Assembly: GCA_012295275.1 (NCBI GenBank)
Contig: CM022679.1
Location: forward strand, 17,360,001-17,424,000
Direction of reading: 5' to 3'
Source of the DNA: Chrysomallon squamiferum
Lineage: Eukaryota; Animalia; Mollusca
Length of the DNA: 64,000 nt
Shown here in pieces: positions 54,701 to 64,000 of the stretch. The position numbers and the translations under genes are program-made. How positions within the stretch are numbered: position 1 is the first letter of the stretch; each line of letters begins with the position of its first letter. The notes under the pieces are model-generated. The model was given only the letters and a program-made list of their open reading frames with translations, did not search any database and had not been told where the DNA came from.

Positions 54701-57700
54701 AGACATTGATACAAAGTGTAACGTCTCAATCTGTGCAAAACGGAAATCAATAAACAATAAGTGGTACTAAAACTGCCATCGACCGGTCAAGGCCAACAAC
54801 AACTGATATTGTACAGTATATCTGTTACTGAATAAGTCTGCTTACACAACTGAACTATAATCAAAAGCAAATTAGATGACCTGTTAGTGTGCTTTATTTA
54901 TTTATATGTATGTGCGTGTTTGGGGGTTTGAAATCACGTGTAAATCTATGCACGTGTGTATGCCTGTGTCTTTGTATACATACACGTATCTATCCACAAA
55001 TTTAATAATAATGTAATATTATATTTCTCAGTATAATTATATTGTTTATTGTTTAAGAATAATTCGCCACGTGATGCTGCGCGGCTTTCTCCCACTGTCT
55101 GGAGACAAGACAGTTATTACTATCGACCTTGAAGCAGCAGAACGGCAGCAGTCCTAGATGTATATCACCAGCAGCCTCTCTGTGATCTTCCACGTTCACG
55201 ACGATATCATCGAAACACTTGACTCGATCGAAACCAGGCGATGTACGGTAGCATGTACAATCCAGATAATATTTCGTTGTCGTTCCCAAGTTGCTGCGGC
55301 GTCTGTCAGAGAAACCAAATACTTCAACAGACTTTACGACGTGAAGGTTCAGAGTTCGCCTCTCTTAATGTCTTTATTCTGACCCTTCGTGGAAAAAAGT
55401 AAAAGACTGTTTATATATATATATATATATATGAAACTACATTAGTTTAATAATTCATTTTCAAGTACTTACTTGTAGAACTCATTTGGGGGAAATGTGT
55501 TGCATAAGGTTTCAAAATATTTAGAACTGACAGTAATTCTAATGGCAATACAAGAAGTCTTAGGCGTTTTCATTTGATGGATAAGGTACACACATTTACT
55601 TACTTCTCTATGTGCCTGTACATTACTTAAAAGTCAAGATGATTTTATGTTTAAAATTAGCGACAAATAATAATTTAAAAAATGTTATGTAAAATTCTTT
55701 ATATATATATATATATATATGATTATTATTATTATTACAAAGAAAATAACCGCAAAAAATGATTACTTACATTCACATAAAAACAGTCTTAAATAATGAA
55801 TAACGTGCATAGTATAACATAAATAACATGAAAGCGAAGTTCATAAACTGTTTGCAGATTTCAAACTCGTATGTTTTGAGTCCTTGTACCAGATTTATAC
55901 ATTAAATTTATACATGCAATTCTAATAATTTCTCGGGTTTATTTTCTAAAATAAATTTATACCGTGACTGTTAACACGCTAAAATATCGTGACAAACTGA
56001 TCTGAAATGTTCTCACTTGTTGAAATGGTTAGCGCACGCAAGAAAACAAATACATCTGACCATAACTGACCCAAAGTGGACCCAAGCTGGAACCAAGCGG
56101 TAATTTTTTTCTGTTTTTTTATTGGTCTATGGTTTTTGAACTATTGATTTGAGTCTTTGAAGATATACTAAGCAGCAGTTTTACAATGATAAATCCATTT
56201 TGTAGAAAATTATACTTTTAATTTTAATTAAAACAAATATATTCAATATTTATCGTATCACCTATAATTTTCGGTTTCTAATTAAACTTCAGGATTTGTA
56301 TTTGTTCTCTCCGATTCTCTCTCTTGTCACAATCTCTTTCTGAGCCCACACGCTACTTCTCTCATAAATTATATTTTTCTATTTAAAAACATTAATTTTT
56401 ATTTTTATTTTATATGTATATATGTGGGTCTTGCACACACATAGATACACACGTTTGAACATATAAACTATTATATTTACCTTTTAACCTTTAACCTTTA
56501 TATAACCTTTGCCACAAACATCTTTCCGTCTATCAACCAATTTACAGTCTGTAACAATCTCAGAAGTTTATTTTTCATGCGTATAGCTATTTACCCATGA
56601 CTCTGCACGTTAATGTTTTTTGTTGTGAAAACTACAGCGAGCTCTCCGGAGATACATAACTTGTTGTGGTTTTAATTTGATGAAAATCACTCCTTCTTGA
56701 AGTGTTCTGTTGTAAGAGAACCATTACGTGTCAGTGTCGATTTTAGTAATTGGAATCGTATTCGCCATAAATCAGTAACTAGACAGTTTGTGTCACTCAA
56801 AGAAGAACTTAATACGTGTGCCAAGTGCATCAGCGTGCACTAAGTCCATTATTTAAATAGCGCCATCTGCAGGCAAACGTAGAACATTACACAATATAAA
56901 TGACATTAAACAAAATGAAAAGTATCCAAAAACAAATAAAACAAAACCCCAAAACACGAGGAAAAAAATCAATTTAAAAATTAAATGAACGAAATAGAAG
57001 AGTGAACAGGGAGAGAGATAATTAAAAAAAAAAACGAACATGAAATATATTTTAATAGATAAATAAAAAGGTAATTCAAAATAATGCCTGCTCTCTAGTA
57101 GTGTACAGAGTTTAGTGTTTGGTATTCATACAATGATAAGTGAAGATCTAAATCAAATTAAGAAATAAAAAGAATGTTTTGTTCAACAACATTTAACACT
57201 CATTGCTTTTTAAGCGTTAAGTTTATTGTTATAAATTTATTTTAGTTTTTCAAGAGAATGAATAATAATGGATCTGCGGATTGTAGCTTATTAATAAATT
57301 AGAATGTAAAGCTGATTCGCAATTATTAATTTATTCATACCTTTGTGATTATTTCTTGAACTAACCGTGTGGCTTCAGATATAGTCACACAGATATATAT
57401 ATATATATATGTACACGAAAACAGTAATATAGTAGCAGGTTCATTTCAGACATCTAAATAATTATGCACACCATTATCCCCCTGACTCTTCTCACTTCGT
57501 GCAATACCTCACATTTCTTTGTGACTGTAGACGTCTGCTTCAGACTGTTTGCAGTAAACTGTCTGCTATTTGGGCGGCGGTATGCCGTCTGCCAGTCTAA
57601 CGAATCACCGAACAAACGGAAACTACACTGGTTATTGCCCCGGTCGTGTCTTCGCACAAAAATGCCAATGTACCATTCTTATTTACGACCTCCGTACAAA

Positions 57701-60360
57701 CAGACCAAAGTCCAGAAACTGGACGATGGTAACAACATACATATGTCTTTAGCGGTAGCGATATGTTCAGCTATTTCAAAAACACACATCTGGTACACTC
57801 TCTCACACGAAGTTTACAATTTGTTATCAGGAACGCCTTTTGGAAGCGTCTCTCTGTAAGAATGACATACCAATTCACTAGAGTGGAAATGAATTAGTTT
57901 GAAGGAAAAAGCGTTTTTCTTCTTTAGTTGATTGGGGAATTGCGAATTAAATAAATATAAACTGTCAGTACAAAGAAAACATCAAAGAATATATGTATTA
58001 AATTACACATACATTATCATAATATGCGTTGTTTAAGAGAGCTCAGGAAAATATTATTATAAAAATAAACAAGTTAATTTTTAATACTAGAAACGTTATC
58101 ATGTCTAGTTAAAAATGTCTCTGACTCTCAACTAGTATACAAATTATACGTTAACTTGAAAGGATAAAATTAGTGGAATGTCGTTCACTTGTGTACCTTC
58201 TTTTTTCCATCACTACGTAATTTCATGTACACTTTGATTTGGCCATAATGACAAGATATCTTAAATGTTATAAAATTATCCTCAGTCAGTTAGGTTTCAA
58301 TTACAGAACGCTTCAACGAAAAAGCATATTAAGTAAAAAAGTAAATATGTTTGCGTATTTAGGCTATCTAAATTCTGATGTTGTGATAAAACGGAATGTG
58401 GACGATCCCTAAAATTAGATACGAAATCAAATCAATTTGAATTACTTTGGAGTCCCATTACATATCACTGTCTTCGTACTTAATAACCATTTAGTTTAAT
58501 TTCTAGCAACATATCGCGGATACTTCCTCTCCGTTGTGTCACAAATTCAACTGGTCTCCGTAGAGATTTTCCGATATCAAGTGACCCATCTCTAAAATGA
58601 CTGTAATCTTGAAAGCGAGCCTGTTTGGTTACTTGTGGACAAACGTTGATTGCGATCGATCTTATGTGAATCAATTTGGTGTGACGTCGGCTATTGACCT
58701 GACCCTTGAGACTTGCAACAAATTGAACAAGATTTCGGTCAGCCAGGAAGTGGTACGGATTAGTTTATATTTACATGATCTATCGTGATACAGCGAATTG
58801 GTATAAGGAAGGTTTTTTTTTTTATGAAATTGTTTTTTATTGTAACTGTACACTGATGTCGGACATACTGAGCTGTTACAGTTACAACTCTTACAACTGT
58901 TATATTTTAATTATGAAAATTGTCTTTAAATCTTCTAACGAATGACCTAAAGACGTGTTTATAATTAAAATATGATTAATCAACTGTAAATTTCTTAAAA
59001 TGTTAACTAGCAATAAACCTTTGTTGCTTATAAGGTGTTATATAACTAATTCAAGTCGCTCGCAGTCTTCTTACTTTCACATATACTTTACATCTTGCTA
59101 AATATAGAAATGATTAATGTTATTTCTCACTGAACAGTCATCAAAAGCGAACTTTGTAATTAACATAATTAGAAGATTCATTTAATCTACATTTTGCCTT
59201 CATCTACTTTAATCATGTATATTTTAAATGAAAGTGATGTTATCAAAGCAGTCGAACCATTTACAAAGCAAACAAAAGTGACTGGCTGGTAAATAAATGA
59301 TATTTATCAATAAATTATTTAATCTTCTTTACATTTCTTGACATATGTGATATATTATACACTAAGGATCACCATCAGAACTGTCTAATATAGAAAAACC
59401 TATATTTACATACTCTTACCTAGTAATATATTATCCATGTATGTATATAATCTCTATTAAGTTACTGTTTTTACTTTTGATGGCACCTACGGGTGTTTTC
59501 TTCTGTGACGCCTATCTGAGACATTAATGGTGGTACTAATTTCATGAATAAATATAACTTGTATTCTTTCTTAATTTTTTCTTCTTTTTTTTTCTCCCAT
59601 AATATATTTATTTTGGAATATTTGAAATCTCTATTGCGTAATTTTTACTTCTCAGGTTTCTCTCTGGTCATAAAAATATCAGTATCTACCTACGACGTGA
59701 TGTCATTGGTAAACAAGAAACCGAAGACAAACAGCAGAATTCAAGCTACTTTGTATTTTGTTTACGTTAGGAAAGTTCCTTCGCCAATCATAAATAAAAT
59801 AATTATTTAGAATTATAGAAAATCAGTTAGATTATTTCTTACCACTGCAAAAAATATACTTTAGTTCAATAGTGGAACAAGATACTTTGAAATACAAATG
59901 CAATTTAAAAGTGTACGCAATAAAATTGTGATAAAAATGTGATCTCTTCCAATGTATATTTATTTATCTTTCTTGTTTTATTAGTATTCTTGGAGGTTTT
60001 AGAGCACTTTAAAATTTTAAATAAAATATTGATAGAATGTTCAGTCATTTTCACTTTGAGATATGGAAATGAAATACAATATTTTGATAACATAAACATT
60101 TACTGTTCTCTCCGTTTCAGCTTCACATTTCAGATAAATTTATAAGATTTTAGAACAATTAAAACAACAACAACAACAACAAACAACCAAAACGTTTGTA
60201 GAACACAAAACTATATAATTATAGCACAGATATTTCTTTTAATCACAGATTAAGTTAGTTCTTTTTTTCTTTTTTTTGGGGGTGGGGGATTTTTTTTTTT
60301 TTTTTTTTTTTTCGATTTCTTTTCTTAATTTTTTTTCTCTACTTCATTTTACGCTTTAGA

Positions 60361-60410
<50 letters not shown>

Positions 60411-61369
60411 TTGTTTAAAGTTTCTTTAGTGTAGTGACTAAAGCTTACCCTTTTTATTTCATCATTACTTTTTTCATACAATTTGTTTTTTCTTTTCATT
60501 TTTAAAACATATATAGCACACAAAAAAAAACACGAAAAAAGCAGTGTATTTCCTGCATTGAGTTATAACATTATTCATCTTTTACGAAAGGTTTTGAGAC
60601 TTTCAAATTTTCAAATTTTTTATTTTTTATAAATAATTAATGTTTTCCTCCATTCCTACACCTTCAAGTATTTCCTTCCCATTCTTCAAGTACTCCTTTT
60701 CCCTTTTCTTTTGCTCAAATTATTTTTTGTTTTCACATTTTTAATTTTTAGGTTTTTTTTATTATTATTATTATTATTATTTATTCATTTTTAGTTTTAT
60801 AGTTTCTATAGCGTCGCCTCCTAGTCTACGTAATCAAACTTAATAACTTTCGCTCGACCTACATTAGTTCAAAAAATTAATACCTTGTACAGCATTTACT
60901 TCTGTCTGAAATCAATATAGCAGAAACGTCATTTCGTTCTGTATGCTAGACTTATCGCTTTTAGTGCAGGTTAGATGTCGCTAAATAATAAATCCTCATT
61001 TTAATGTAAAACGTTGTCTTTGAAGAAGTATATTTTATTACTTGCTTGATCGATTTTTATAACGCTATGGGGTGAAGTAGGCTGCTTTTTTGAACTTTGA
61101 CAACGTAATAGAAGTATTTAACAGAGATGACAGTTCTTACAAAATGTCACTATAAACGTAGGACAAAAAAAAAGAAAAAAAGAAAGAAAGAAAAAACACA
61201 GAATAATAATAACTTAAGTGAGGGTTAAGTCATTAAGATGAGGGGATATAATCACGAACACGTTATTTGTGCAAGCGGATTTTTCAAGAAAATGACGAGG
61301 GTAGTGATCGATGAAGAAAAATATTTTTAAATTTAAAGAAAATGTTTGAAAAGTCATTAAAGTAAAGTA

Positions 61370-61637
61370 ATGATAAAATAGTAGTAGTAGAAGCAGTAAT
61401 AGTTGTAGTAACTATGTATAAGCAGTATCAGTGGTTGTAATAGTAGTAGTAGTAGTACTGGTAATAGCTGTAGCAGTAGAAAAAGTTGATGTAGAAACAG
61501 CAGTAGGTAAGTCGTAGTAGCAGTATTAGCAGTAGAAATAGTTGTAATTAAAGGAGCAGATGTAGTAGTAATAGGAGAAATATTGTGGTTTATACCGGCT
61601 GTCATATAGTTTGTCATTAAATATTTTTGTATTATTG

Positions 61638-61669
<32 letters not shown>

Positions 61670-61705
61670 TGTTGTTGTTGTTGTTGTTGTTGTTATTGTA
61701 GTTGT
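61370..61705. repeat. Degenerate (GTA)n / (TTA)n / (TTG)n trinucleotide region
   Basis: Seen directly. Confidence 0.8.
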
Positions 61706-61979
61706 TAATGTTTTGAACAGTAGGACAAAACTGGAAGAAAATAATTTAATCTCCAGTAAATTAGATAATGAAGATTCTGCAACTTGAAAGAAAATTTTAA
61801 TGAAATAAATCAAGAAGAAATGAAACAGGAAATGAAGAAAACAAATTTTAAAAATCATTGTTTCCTGGTATTTTCATTTTCTTTTTTTTAAATTTTTATC
61901 TTTACTGTAAGAATATTCTTTACGCTCACTGTCGTAAAAACGAAAATGAAAAATAATGAGACCACTGTGCTTTTGTATG

Positions 61980-62590
61980 CGTAGTCTCTAGTGTAGCTTA
62001 GATCAGTGTTGTATAGTATAGAGTAGTACTGTAATTTACGATTTGCCGATAGTGTAACAGTGTGATATTATACAGAGTAGTGTAGAATAGTGTAGTGTAG
62101 TGTAATGTAGTGTAGTGTAAAGTAGTAATATAGTGTAGTATGGCATGGTGTGATCTGTTGTATAGTAGTCCAGCGTAATGTAATGTCGTATAACATAATA
62201 TGGTGGGATGTGGTTTGGGGCAGTATAATGTAGTGTACTTTAATGTAGAATAGTACACTGTATAGTAAAATAGTATAGTACAGTGTAGTGCTGTGCAGTG
62301 TAGTGTAATGCAGTGTACTTTAATGAAATGTAGAATAGTGTACCGAACTGCAGAGAAGTGTTGTGTGCTGTACTTTGTTCTAGAGTTGTTTGTGTAGTGT
62401 AGTGTAGTGCAGCATAGTACTGTGTGGTGTGGTTTATTATAGCGTAGTTCAGATTAGTATAGTATAGTATTGTGAGATTTGGTATAGCGAAGTTTAGTGG
62501 TGTAATGTAATGGTCAGATGCTGTAGTGGTTTAATATAATGCTGTGGCTCTATACAGTGTAGTGGTTTAATGTAATGGTATGGTTCTGGG
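61980..62590. repeat. Degenerate pentamer satellite (TGTAG/TATAG)n
   Basis: Runs of agtgtagtgtag and tagtatagta. Confidence 0.85.
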
Positions 62591-62593
62591 TAG

Positions 62594-64000
62594 AGTACAC
62601 AACTACTCTCTACAGAACCACATCATTACAGTACACAACAACTCTCTACAGAACATCATCATTACAGTACACAACCACTCTCTACAGAACATCATCATTA
62701 CAGTATACAACGACTCTCTACAGGACCATACCATTACAGTACACAACTACTCTCTATACAACCACACATTACAGAATACAACTACTCTCAACAGAACCAC
62801 ACATTACAGAATACAACTACTCTCTATAGAATCACATCATTAGTGCACAACTACTCTGTACAGAACAACACCATTACTGTACACAATTACTTTCTACAGA
62901 ACCACACCATTACAGTACACAAAGACTCTCTACAGAACAACATCATTACAGAACACAGTTACTCTCTACAGAACCACTTTATTAGAGTATACAAAAACTC
63001 TCTACAGAACCACTCTATTACAGAACACAACTACTCTCAACAGAACCTCATCATTACAGTACACATCTACTCTGTAAAGAACCACACATTACAGAATACA
63101 ACGACTCCGTACAGAACGACACTATTACAGTATAAAACTACTCTATACTGAACCACACTATAACAGTAGACAACTACTCTCTACAGAACAGCACCATTAC
63201 AGTACGCAACTACTCTCTACAGAACTATACCATTACAGTACGCAACTACTCTCTACAGAACTACACCATTACAGTACGCAATTACTGTCTACAGAACTAC
63301 ACTATTATAGTACACAAATGCTCTCTACAGAACCACATTATTACAGTACACAGCTACTCTCTACATAACCTTACCATTACAGTATACAACTACTCTCTAC
63401 AGAAAAGCAACATTACACAACTACTCTCTAGAGAACCTCATCATTACAATACACAACTACTCTCTATAGAACCACATCATTACAGTATACAACTATTCTC
63501 TACAGAACTACATCATTACAGTACACAACTGTTCTCTACAGAACCACACCATTACATACACAATTGCTTTCTACAGAACAGCACAATTACAATATACAAC
63601 AATTCTCTACAGAACATCATCATTACAGTACACAACCACTCTCTACACAACATCATCATTACAGTATACAACGACTCTCTACAGGACCATACCATTACAG
63701 TACACAACAACTCTCTATACAACCACACATTACAGAATACAACTACTCTCTACAGAACCACACATTACAGAATACAACTACTCTCTATAGAATCACATCA
63801 TTACAGTGCACAACTACTCTGTACAGAACAACACCATTACTGTACACAATTACTTTCTACAGAACCACACCATTACAGTACACAAAGACTCTCTACAGAG
63901 CAACATCATTACAGAACACAGCTACTCTCTACAGAACCACTTTATTAGAGTATACAAAAACTCTCTACAGAACCACTCTATTACAGAACACAACTACTCT
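62594..64000. repeat. ~36 bp minisatellite (cattacagtacacaactactctctacagaaccacac) running off the window end
   Basis: Seen directly, with slightly shorter unit variants and a higher-order duplication. Confidence 0.97.

Noticed and set aside
62575-64000. ~36 bp periodic array resembling CRISPR, and repetitive ORFs (LQYTTTLYRT)
   Set aside because: Units are contiguous degenerate tandem copies with no unique spacers, there are no cas genes, and the context is eukaryotic.

Overview
AT-rich, microsatellite-dense animal genomic DNA. The repeat style suggests an invertebrate, possibly a mollusc; this is inference. One gene is well supported: a two-coding-exon, + strand heparan sulfate glucosamine 3-O-sulfotransferase of the HS3ST2/3/4/6 (Hs3st-B) type. 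Its CDS is 18579-19207 joined to 43641-44259 (415 aa), split by a 24.4 kb phase-2 GT-AG intron. The rest is non-coding: microsatellites, two large minisatellites, several inverted repeats and degenerate SINE-like remnants. There is no prokaryotic system, CRISPR array or intact transposon. I found no evidence for a wholly new multi-gene system. The items most worth a second look are: (1) a chain of stop/start-overlapping uORFs, plus an out-of-frame uORF that may be the true N-terminus, in the Hs3st leader; (2) a ~310-335 bp inverted repeat pair 12 kb apart inside the intron; (3) a 94 bp direct repeat bracketing the catalytic exon; (4) a perfect CLEAR/E-box palindrome beside a CCAAT box upstream of the gene; (5) a minisatellite with an inverted junction and a ~961 bp higher-order duplication. 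All alignments were done by eye and need computational confirmation.
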